Below are positions 54,601 through 64,000 of a stretch of 64,000 nucleotides of DNA, piece after piece. Position 1 is the stretch's first letter; every line of letters starts with the position of its first letter. The notes below the pieces were generated by a model, which saw only the letters and a program-made list of their open reading frames with translations, ran no database searches and had not been told where the DNA came from. The translations under genes were made by a program, and so were the position numbers. Location of the stretch: contig CM102286.1 in NCBI GenBank assembly GCA_046563655.1, forward strand, positions 13,020,001 to 13,084,000, in the 5' to 3' direction. The stretch comes from Yuukianura sp. NJ FZ-2021 (Eukaryota).

Positions 54601-57600
54601 TTATAGACCGGTAGCAACAATGGTGACAGCTGAAAAGCATGATGCCATGCTTTTTCGCCAAAATTACATAACTTTCGCATGTGCCAAGCCCCGATAACAA
54701 TTTCGTGTTACCTGCATTTTGAAAAATGCAGCTAACAACTGCATTTTTCGAACCAAACCATTCGAAATTTCAAAAAAAAAGTTGCAAAAAACAACAATTT
54801 ATTGCTTTTTTGCAGCAATCATGGCTAGCTGTTGCAAGCGCCGTAGCACACTCGGCTGCCGCAGCTTCCGACAATGGACCACAACAAATTCCTGGATCAG
54901 ACGACACGAAGCCTACAAAGTACCACTACTACCCGCATAACCAGCATCTCTACCTACTTCCAGAATGTGCTACTCAGCAGGTATACTTAAACTAACTTTA
55001 ACTTAGGAAATGTTTGTAAAACTAAGTTAGTCACCCTGACCCTACCCTAGAATTAAGTTTTCAACCTAGCATTATGTTTAACCGTAAATCTGCACGAATT
55101 CTCACTAAAACGGACTTTTTTTTAACCTAGGTCTGCAGTGCTGTATACCTTCGACTAAATTACAGTCAGCCATTATGTGCCTGTCCCAAGACGCATCAAC
55201 CATGTTCTGTCAGTACCAGAACTGATGATCGACATACAATTCCACTTGTCACCGGATCAAACGCACAGGTAGGTCAAATCAATTGGATTAACATATCTCT
55301 CATATCTCCATGTATAGAAAATGAAGAGCTGCCAAAACTTCAGTTCCTCAATACAGTAACATTTACCGACAAAAACTCCTTTACAGAACAGATTTGCACG
55401 GAATTTTGTAGGTCAGAGATCCGTGCTCTAGTAAAATAGAAAGAAACTGTAGCAGATCCAATCAAGCCGAAAAAGATGCATTTCTCGCATGACACATGTA
55501 ATGGGCTACAACGAAAATAGCAAAAATAGGCGTTTTTTCTCTTTTGCCGCAACCACAAATACAAATTTAACCTCACGCTTTCCCACGCCCTTGTCACTGT
55601 CTGTGTCAGTGTCACTGCCAGTTACCTATAAAAATGCTTGACAAATTTTTCGAAATGCTGCATAAAGTAACGACAACGCCCTTCCCAAAGGCTACCTGAC
55701 ATCTCCAATAAATTTAAGCCTAAAAATTCCAAAAAATTGAAACTTATAAAAAAAATTAATTCCTTAACCGATTGCCGATTTATGTAAACATTTCCTCAAA
55801 AAAAATTCTAATCAGGTCAAAAACGCCGTGAATTCCAAATTCAGCAAAGGAAATTTAGTAGTCAATTACTGCAACAAGACAGGGAAATTGAAAAATATGG
55901 CATTAGCAACAAATTGCGGTGCTTGATCTCCATCGTGACTCAAGGAGTGAACATGTCTTGTCACTACTCTGACATTGGAATTCTCAGTTGAAGAAATACT
56001 AATTTACCACAATAATACATCCTGTAGCAACAGTTAAATTACTAAAATAACAATTCAATTACAGTAACGTTATAAGTTATAACGAAAGAAAAAAGAAAAT
56101 GAACAAAATTGTGATTTAAGATGAAAATCATCCCTCAAAGAAACGCATTTTTCATTTGTACTCTACTTTTCCATCGAAAACAGAAAAAATATTTTTGAAA
56201 TTTTGTCAAATTAGAAAAAAAATTCTGATGCAGGTTGCCAGAAAAATTTTCCTTTTCCTTTCAGTAAGATTCAACTCCTTCAAGTGCAAAATTACCACAC
56301 GCTACAAAATCCAAGTTTATTCGCATCTCTGCATCCATCGTCATCAAATTCATAATTTTTGTAAAATCTGTGCATATTAAGTTATTAGATTAACCCAACT
56401 TTTTTCAAAATCGTACATTTGAGTTACTGAATTTTGAAATTTTTAGATCCTAACACTGGTAAAAACTTGTGAGCGAACACACGAAGTACGAGAATGTCGT
56501 GCACCCAAAGATTGGTCAATTTTGGCTCTTCAAAATAGCCGAACCGGAAAGGCACATTATCTTGTAATTTGCAGATGCCCATCCCCTGGATATCTAGGTA
56601 ACGCTGAGTGATGCCCATTTCAAAAATTAAGATTTCAAAATTATTCAAAATAAGTGCAATTTTTACACGATTTACAGAGGGGCCTATAGCTCACAGTCAA
56701 CCAGCATACGCAAGAGTACCGGGGATTCGCGTTTACGGCATGACGTGCGTAAGAGAACCGACACGCGGAGGCAGAGCCCCAAGATTTTTAGGAAAAGATA
56801 CAAACTCTAGTAAGTTTTTGAAGTATAAATTTTGAAAAATGAGAAAAATTCAAAATTATGTGCATTTTTTCATTCTTTAGTTTCAGGCATACCTAATCCT
56901 CCTTTTCCCTGGGAAAAGTTGAATCCATTTCTCGAAAGAGTTGCACAAGATTTAAGTTGAAGCTCGGACAAACAATAATAGAAAGTCCGTAGTTCACTAC
57001 GTAAAATACCGTGCTTAAAAATTGCAACCAACACTGAACCAATTTTCAATCTTCTGAGATTTTCAATATCCAAAATTTTTCAAAATCTTGCCAACATCAA
57101 ACGTCGGAGCGAACACACATGACCGCTTTCGTTGTTTCGTCAATTCACATTTTAACACTAAACTCGCTAGAAATATTGACTTGAAATTCTATTTCTTGAA
57201 CGAAAAAGAAAAGAAAAAGTTTTCTAGAAACTTCTAGAAAATGAGGAGCATGAATTTTGTTGTGAGTAAACGTCGTAACGTACGACTGCTAAGAAATGAA
57301 TGTAAGTAAAAGAATTAATGTACAAATCTAAAGGGAAAACGTCTAAAAGGAATACACAATGTTACTACTGCTTTAGTATCAATCTGAGACAGACTCTCAC
57401 AAAAGATAGGATTAAATTGTCCATGTTATAGTTGAAATTGTTAACTAACATAAGCAATTGTTAAAACTCTAACCCTTGTTGTTTTTATCTTAAGTATAAC
57501 CCATTGATTCAAAAAAAAAATTAAAATGAATTAATCAAGAACCAAGACTAAAGACTGGCTGTATCAAAACGAACATCGCCAAAGTGCTACACATCGGAAA

Positions 57601-60600
57601 GTTCAATTCTACATGCGGCAATATGAATATGAGTTGGCAAATTATTGAAAATTTGCTTTGCACTTGGTTTTTCCGTTTGCCAAAAAAATCATTCCAAAAA
57701 CCTTACTCATGAAAATCTCTCTAAAAACCAGGGTCTTATGGAAATATTTTTCAAAAAGAAAAACCTTTGTATGTAATAACATGAAATACTGAATTTATAT
57801 TTGAAGCTACAGACGCATCAGGATACCATGCATCCTCTCTAAATAATTAATGTCGGAATACAAAAATGCAAGGTAAAAAATACAACTTGCAAAGAAGCTG
57901 CGTGAATGGAAATTTTTCAAAAAATAAAAAATAAAAGCTCCCAAAACGTGATGCAAGTGAGACGATTAAAAAACAACTTAATTGAGTTATGGTAGAAAAA
58001 GCAAAGATAAATAAGCGAAAGTAATGAGAAAGTAATGATAAAGAACTTTTCATCTTACCTAATACTTCACTGTTGACTTGGATGTTGGAAGAATACATTG
58101 CAGTCATCAGGCGCTGCGGTTGAGCTTGGAAGGCTTTTCGACACCCATCTTTGACGGCTGACATAATTTGACCAGAAAATGGTCCAAAAGGCTGATTTGA
58201 CGGAAGTTCATTTTCAATATCTTCGCAAGTCCATTCTTCTACTTTGAAGGCAACGCCTCTCATTGGCTCTTCTGCCAGTGGACCAGCCAACGTAGCAAGT
58301 TGGAAACCATTGACGAAGTTGCTTGCATACGCATACAGAACGTTTCCAGCGTTAGAGTCATTGTCACCAAGAGTACTTTCGTCATTTGTTGCCTGACGCC
58401 AAAATGTAGCCGCCCGGTTTGCATTGACATAGTTCAACAAAATGTTGGGTCCAGTATGATGTGGTCCAAAAGACCAGATATGGTCCACAGTTTCAACTTT
58501 CCACCCTCCAGCTTCACAAGCATCGCATAATTTCTTCCGGAACTCGGCCAACTTTTCAGCCGTAGCACCCACGGTTCCTCCTCGTTTCATCAACTTGAGT
58601 AAATCTGAGAATTCGTCAATGGTTTCAGTGATTTCTGTTGGTAAAGGCACAGCTCTGATTTTGATTGTTGATTTCTTGTTCGCTGTGTGCTGAAGAATAA
58701 GTCCGGGATCTGTGGCTTGCGGTTGTGAGGTATTGGAAATATCACGGTCACGTTCTCGGCTTGGATCCGGTTGTTTAGGCTTTGAAACCACATGAGTTTG
58801 AATGGCTTCATTCACCATGTCAACTTTTGGAGGTTCCACTATGGTCTCACGGAAGGGAACAATTGGCGGTGATGCAGAAATTTCAACTTTCGCGAATCTA
58901 TTAAACATATGAAAAAACACATTAATCCGCGTTTCTTCTTTCTAACTTACAAGTACTTGTTAATAGTAGCATACAGTGAAAATTCTAATCGGTGTACCTT
59001 ACCTTTCTCTGAGGTCATCCAAACATCGCTGCAGATGAACTTCACCAGCAGTAACAATTACATGCTCCCCCGTTTCCTGAACAAAAACTTGCACGCACGG
59101 ATCTGCCTGATTCAGAAGCTTCAAACCCAGACGCAATGCTGCCATGTCAGCTGTATATCGCGGTTCGACTGCTACCCGAAGGATAGGCTCCACCATGAAC
59201 GTCATGTCAGTAAATGGCGGGCAAGCCAAAGTGCTTGAAATTGTCGCTGTTTTCAAAATATGTTCTTCCAGACCCCCAATACCTACAATTAACGAGTATA
59301 AATGAGTAGTACATATCAAGGTTACTATAGCAACCAATCTACAAATAGTCCACAAATTTAAGGTGTAGATTTTGTTTTTTTTTTTTTTGTTTACCCACCT
59401 TGAGTACATATACTCATTTAAATTATATAATAAAAATATGTTCATTATCATTACTTACCAAAAATGCAACCGGCAGGTACTTCATCCAGACTCTCAAGCT
59501 CTCTTCCCATCAGTAAATAGAGGTGACTCAGTTCAACCGTAGTGACATGCTGGCCAGACTTAAGATCTTTCAAGGTCACTCCAAGTTCAATTCCTTCCCC
59601 GTCTGGATGCTGCAAAATATTCTGCTATTAGAAACCTATTTTGGAAAACTAGACGGAAATAGTTAATACTCACCAGCTTCTGTCCAATCAACGGATCGTA
59701 CTTTGGCCCGAGTACAAACAAGCGCTGGCCTTTACGAACTGTACCACTGTAGGCTCTGGCGAAAGCTATAAATGACAATTCAGGTTTACTTTCCACTGCC
59801 TGCCCACCAGCAGGAAAATGGGCGTCTGGAATTCCTGCGGCAGCTTCTTCGTCAGCAGCCACCTCCTGTTCAGTTCTATTCTGCCTGTCAAGGATCCGTT
59901 GCCTCGCCTGCTCTCGCCGCATAGAGAGCTCTGCTGGGGTTAGGCGTTTGGGCTTATTCTCCGGCAATGAACTGCTCTCTGTTGCAACCATTTTTGAAAC
60001 GAAGATGATTGTAGGAGCTTCGTTTTCACTTGAGCATGCTAAAAATGCCAATTTTAACAACTGTGACTCGGGAGGCAATTCTTGAAATGTTCTTGATTGT
60101 GACTGCATAAGTCGTTCCACTTTGGCTTCAGTCAGTTCAAGTGGACTTGGGAGTTGCGAACAAACCATCTCTAGAAAACAAAAATCAGCCTAAAACGTGA
60201 AACATGAATTTTGATAAATTCTAACGCTCGAGTATACCGAGAACTGATTTTGAAAGTGGCAACCAACTGCTCATCACTGATTGTAAAATGGCTTTGAAAT
60301 CGGTTTGGCGTAAATCACGAGCGGAGACCTGGAGACCGAGATTGGCAACAATTTTCTCCAGCATCACCTTATCCTATGAAAGATAGCTAAGTATTAACAC
60401 TTCGCCAAGTTTTTACTTATTTCATTTCAATTTGAACTTACTTTTCGCACTACCACTGCATCGTAAATCGTCCAGATATTCTCCAGAATTAACTGCACAA
60501 ACAATGGTTTCTTCGCTTTTTCTTGTGCACCCTTCATAATACGTTTCAGTTTGGAGTTCAAATAGAAGTCTCCCCAAAGTGTTCGATTCAGTACGGCTTT

Positions 60601-61675
60601 GCTAAATCCAACTTTTGTGGAATATATTGTCGTGAAATCCTCAATCCTGGAACACATAAATTGAACAAGTAAGTAACGTTTTGAATTCATTTTTGTTTGG
60701 CATTTGCATTTACCGAAATCCCCAGCCGTCCGCTGCACTTGTGAAAACGACATTCCCTTGATCCGGTGAAAAATAGATGTTTGAATCGTCTGCATCATCC
60801 AAACCGGAGTTCCAATCGTATAACTCTTGAATTCCGCCATCCTCCTCAGACGTGTGACTCCTAACCGTCTCCTTTCCGAGAATTTCTGCAGTGAAAAGTT
60901 CTGCTGTCACGGCGTTCACCTAACCATTATGATACAACAAAAATTGCTCCATTTGTCCATTTGATTAATATCAGAGTGTACGGATCAACCATTAACCTTA
61001 CCTTTTCAAGAAGTCGAGACAGATGTAAATACGCGTCGAGTGGAGCGAGCTTCAGTTCTAAAACAAGGCGATCGATCTTATTGAGGACAAGAACCGGCTT
61101 GATGTTTTCAATCCAAGCCTGTCTCAATGCAACCTGGAAAATTAATCAGAACGATCTAAAGTAACCGAACTTTTCTCATTGTTCCTAATGTATCTTACAG
61201 TAGTTTGTGCACAAACTCCTTCCACTACGTCAACTAAAATGAGCGCACCATCACAAAGACGAACAGCAGTTGATACTTCGGACGAAAAATCGACATGCCC
61301 CGGTGAATCAATCAAGTTGACCAAGTATTCTTCATTTTTAGATTCCGAAAAATGGTAAAGAGAAATTGCACTGCTCTTCATAGTAATTCCACGCTCCTGT
61401 TCATCTTTTCTACTGTCCATAAACCTACAAATGAATACATAGAAAAACATTAAAATAAAGTCCATCGTCCGTCTTAGTCGTATCATGGAAACGGTAATAA
61501 GTTAAACGTACCTAAGCTTGCCGGCAAGTCTTTGTGAAATAATTCCGTTGCTGGCCAGTAGCGAGTCTGCCATCGTTGTCTTCCCATGATCCACATGTGC
61601 AAGAATACAAATGTTCCTGATTCCTTTAGTTTGTTTTTGTAATTCAACTAGCTTAGAAGGTGCCACGAGACGCAT
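33696..61675 (-). CDS. EFL1: Elongation factor-like GTPase 1 (EFL1/EFTUD1/Ria1, 60S maturation factor)
   Basis: Exons 61675-61512 ([16 protein letters not shown]), 61424-61199 ([18 protein letters not shown]), 61133-61002 (NKIDR), 60919-60714, 60646-60442, 60373-60238, 60170-59674, 59609-59459, 59282-59003 (GEVHLQRC), 58897-58059, 38702-38518 ([14 protein letters not shown]) and 33878-33696 ([17 protein letters not shown]). Phases match across the 19.4-kb and 4.6-kb introns. Confidence 0.95.
38818..38886 (+). repeat. Degenerate tandem repeat, about 23 bp x3 (AATTTTAGAATTTTG core)
   Basis: Three spaced copies of TTTTAGAATTTTG. Confidence 0.6.
39398..39510 (+). repeat. Degenerate tandem repeat, about 25 bp x4 (TCAGTAGCTCAAAA core)
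   Basis: Repeated agctcaaa...aaaattc units. Confidence 0.55.
41061..41170 (+). repeat. 44-bp tandem repeat, about 2.5 copies
   Basis: GAAAT(T/A)TTAGGTAT(A/T)CCT(A/G)AG recurs at 41061, 41105 and 41149. Confidence 0.7.
41329..43332. promoter_or_regulatory. Cluster of Capicua-type octamers T(G/C)AATG(A/G)A plus an ETS site upstream of argos
   Basis: Nine exact octamers on either strand at 41329, 41779, 41792, 42128, 42158, 42179, 42814, 42943 and 43325; ACCGGAAGT at 42409. Confidence 0.7.
43650..45135 (+). CDS. aos: Argos / protein giant-lens (secreted EGFR-ligand antagonist), about 262 aa, nested in EFL1 intron 10
   Basis: Exons 43650-43853 (signal peptide, KIIYANG), 44237-44407 ([34 protein letters not shown]), 44480-44689 ([27 protein letters not shown]) and 44932-45135 ([30 protein letters not shown]). 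These match the three Argos disulfide modules. Confidence 0.93.
46363..47172 (-). mobile_element. Tc1/mariner/pogo-type MITE, copy 2 (810 bp), inverted relative to copy 1
   Basis: 23-bp TIR CAGTGGATTCTCTAAATAAGGGA, TA flanks at 46361-62 and 47173-74; reverse complement of 32057-32735 with few differences. Confidence 0.92.
46676..46938 (-). repeat. 19-bp minisatellite, about 14 units, inside MITE copy 2
   Basis: Perfect (GTGCGCTGTTGCGCAGGTT)n. Confidence 0.95.
50259..56960 (+). CDS. Secreted Cys-rich protein with Argos-like modules (resembles arthropod proteins annotated giant-lens-like or scoloptoxin(11)-like), about 312 aa, nested in EFL1 intron 10
   Basis: Exons 50259-50537 (signal peptide, S/T/K/P-rich), 54816-54980 ([21 protein letters not shown]), 55131-55268 ([27 protein letters not shown]), 56447-56597 ([28 protein letters not shown]), 56678-56809 (EGP..YGMTC) and 56887-56960 (PPFPWEK..*). 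Phases are consistent. Linking exon 1 across the 4.3-kb intron is the least certain step. Confidence 0.82.
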
Positions 61676-61866
61676 TTCGGAACTAAAACAACAAATATAC
61701 TCAATCGCTAAAGCACGTACACAACAAATACAAAGTGAATTTATAGCCTTTGTACCTTCGTTTTGAAAACGTTTATTATAAAAGTATATGAAACTAACCT
61801 GGTAGCGGGATGAGGGCGACAGGCGGAAGCAGCTTTGGACTTGGAACAGGTGATTCGATATTTGAT

Positions 61867-61989
61867 TCAGTATATATGCAGCGTACGGTGAACGGAGTCC
61901 AGTGTCCCTCCTCCAGCAGATGAACAGCAGCAAGCGGATACTAAAATGGAAATGGCAAATTCAATGTCCGCGTAGAGGTGGGTTGTCAT
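61867..61989 (-). other. 40-codon upstream ORF in an EFL1 5'-leader exon (62031-61799)
   Basis: ATG at 61989 to TGA at 61867 ([40 protein letters not shown]). The exon is bounded by a TTTAG acceptor and a CAG|GTTAGT donor, splicing to 61682 just before the EFL1 ATG. Confidence 0.5.
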
Positions 61990-62570
61990 TCACAAACTTC
62001 GCACGACAAAGCGACGCGTCAACGACGTAACCTAAACGTATTACGTTCTTTGTTTTCGCGTTTATACGTTTTTATGACGTTCACTGAATGAGATGAAAAG
62101 AAAAGAGGAAAAAAAAAAAGATCCACAACAGTCTATGGTCAAAGCCTGAATTAAGCCTCTTCACACACGTTCTCACATCATGCATCAGTAGCTGACTCAT
62201 CAACTTACGCAGGCGCGAAACGCACAACGGTGACGTAGTCTAAAAACAAAACATACTACGATTCATGCCTATTCACTGCGTCGAATAAGACTCATTTAAG
62301 TTAAACAGGAAAAACTGTTGCTAACTCTGATTGTTCACTGCTTAGAATTTGTATCTACTGGTTGGAAAACACTGCTCGGCTCTTTCTCGCAACTTTTTCT
62401 AACATGGCCGAATTATTGAACTTTTATAGATTTACCCTCACAGTTCGACAACGCAAGATCACCGTTTCAATTCGTAAGACCCCGCTGTCGACCTTCGAAG
62501 TCATACCAAAAAATTGAAATAAAGCATTAAAAAGTCTCAAATACTACTGAAAATCTCAACAAATATACAC

Positions 62571-62616
62571 AAGTTGGTCTTTAAAAAAACGGAAAGTTGG
62601 TCTTTAAAAAAACGGA
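62571..62616 (+). repeat. 23-bp perfect direct duplication in the divergent promoter
   Basis: AAGTTGGTCTTTAAAAAAACGGA x2. Confidence 0.9.
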
Positions 62617-62769
62617 ATGCGGAGCAACTTGTCTCTGTCTGCGCGGCATAATTTACACCCATGCCAAAGACTGTCCACAGCAGAGCACAGTGGGAATTCG
62701 CGCCTTTCCTTTTCAAAAATCGAATGATTTTACGTTATGCTTTCTGTGTCAGTTGAGACGAACGGAAAA

Positions 62770-62789
62770 TTTGAATTGCTGGCGGGAAA
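62770..62789. promoter_or_regulatory. E2F site with adjacent CHR-like element in the EFL1 / TM-protein divergent promoter
   Basis: TTTGAA (62770-62775) followed by TGGCGGGAAA (62780-62789, reverse complement TTTCCCGCCA). Confidence 0.5.
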
Positions 62790-62971
62790 TGCTTTTGTAA
62801 ACACAAAAAACTCTCTTTGCTTTTCTTTCTTCTTCTTCGCTGATTTTTTTTTATTAGTCAAAATTTTTTGAAATTATATAATTAAATTTAAGCTAATTAA
62901 CTACCAATTTCCGGCGTCAGTCGTAGACCTTCTTTTAGGGCAAACGTTCAGCAATCGGTGTGATTGTCAAA

Positions 62972-64000
62972 ATGAGCTTCGCCAACTTTCTACTACGTAG
63001 CAGATTTAGTACAGCTCCGGCTCGTCTGCCACCACTTCTGCAGTTATCGATGAAACCATACCCAACAGCCCTATCGATTCGGAGTTACCGTAATCTTAAT
63101 CTGAATCTAATGCAAAATATTGCCAAATCTAATACAGTACGGATACCGTCGTTACGTAATTCCATGTCTATTCAAGTCAACCTAGTTCGGAATTACAGCC
63201 TTGGTCCTCGACCTCCTGCCAGCGGTGGGCCAGGCGTTGGACCTAAATTCGAAAATCAACGAATTGCTACAAAATTTAGGCAAATGGATGGGATCCCACC
63301 TAGCTACGACCTAATTTACAGACTGAACTTTACTTCTCCCGTAGTCTACATTCAAGTTTTGAATATCATGGGCATACTTGTGGCAACTCTAGCCGTCTTC
63401 AGTTTGCTACTAAACGATGAGGATGGCCAGCGGAAGGCACCGGGAGATTCAGATTTACTGAAGACTTTTGAACGTGAAAAACCCGTCATGAATGAGGATG
63501 CACCGGAATTTGTCAAACGATATCAGGCTAACCTAGACTTGCCAACTCCCCACCCGAACGAAATGAATCACCTAAGCCTGCGTGAACTGTCGATACTATA
63601 TGGTGGATTACTTGTGCTAATGGTCGCCCTCATCCGTCTCCAAAGAACGCTGCCTATTCGGCTCTATACTAGTCCGTCAGTAAGTTACCAACCTAACTTA
63701 ATCATGTTTGATTTTAAGAGGACCTTATATTCACTGCAGTTTTACTATTTTCAGGGTCATAGCTACGCCGTCTTCTATGGTCATATAATTCCATCTCGTA
63801 CTACAAAACGTGAATTTGTCGCAGGAACTGTCAAACGCGTGCTCCGTCAGTCACCTATGCTTAGAACAGATTCTCTATATGCAGATGGTACTGGCAAACA
63901 AATGCTTCTACTCGACTACTGCTTCCGAAATCCATCTGACATGAACTACATCCTTGGAATATCCAATACTAAGCTCTATAAGGATGACGACAGTGACTCC
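62972..64000 (+). CDS. Probable mitochondrial membrane protein with two TM helices (TMEM70/TMEM186/TMEM223-like); stop lies beyond the window
   Basis: ORF from ATG 62972 stays open to the window end and is absent from the ORF track. R/S/L-rich N-terminus without acidic residues (MSFANFLLRSRFSTAPARL...), then DGIPPSYDLIYR, two hydrophobic segments and PIRLY; intron 63680-63754; C-terminal FRNPSDMNYILG. Family assignment is by resemblance only. Confidence 0.7.
   Translation, partial: MSFANFLLRSRFSTAPARLPPLLQLSMKPYPTALSIRSYRNLNLNLMQNIAKSNTVRIPSLRNSMSIQVNLVRNYSLGPRPPASGGPGVGPKFENQRIATKFRQMDGIPPSYDLIYRLNFTSPVVYIQVLNIMGILVATLAVFSLLLNDEDGQRKAPGDSDLLKTFEREKPVMNEDAPEFVKRYQANLDLPTPHPNEMNHLSLRELSILYGGLLVLMVALIRLQRTLPIRLYTSPSVSYQPNLIMFDFKRTLYSLQFYYFQGHSYAVFYGHIIPSRTTKREFVAGTVKRVLRQSPMLRTDSLYADGTGKQMLLLDYCFRNPSDMNYILGISNTKLYKDDDSDS

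Noticed and set aside
62972..64000. Possible endogenous viral fragment at the right edge
   Set aside because: It translates as a host-like protein with a mitochondrial-type presequence and a canonical spliceosomal intron.

Overview
Gene-dense, intron-containing eukaryotic DNA from an arthropod with a compact genome (most introns 60-120 nt; probably a hexapod, species not determinable here). Left to right: 5' exons of casein kinase I gamma (gish, minus, runs off the left edge); a furin-like proprotein convertase (plus) with a GC-AG intron and alternative 3' exons; DNA polymerase delta catalytic subunit (minus); a secreted Gly/His-rich cuticle-type protein (plus); and EFL1/Ria1 GTPase (minus). 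EFL1 has a 19.4-kb intron containing two antisense nested genes, argos/giant-lens and a second secreted Cys-rich protein with Argos-like modules. At the right edge is a probable mitochondrial two-TM protein (plus), divergent from EFL1. Two inverted copies of a TA-flanked MITE carry a variable 19-bp minisatellite. The most notable observations are the nested argos gene pair with a dense Capicua/ETS site cluster upstream of argos, the furin C-terminal isoforms (one possibly GPI-anchored), and a splice-switchable uORF in the EFL1 leader. Exon coordinates were read by eye and need RNA-seq confirmation.
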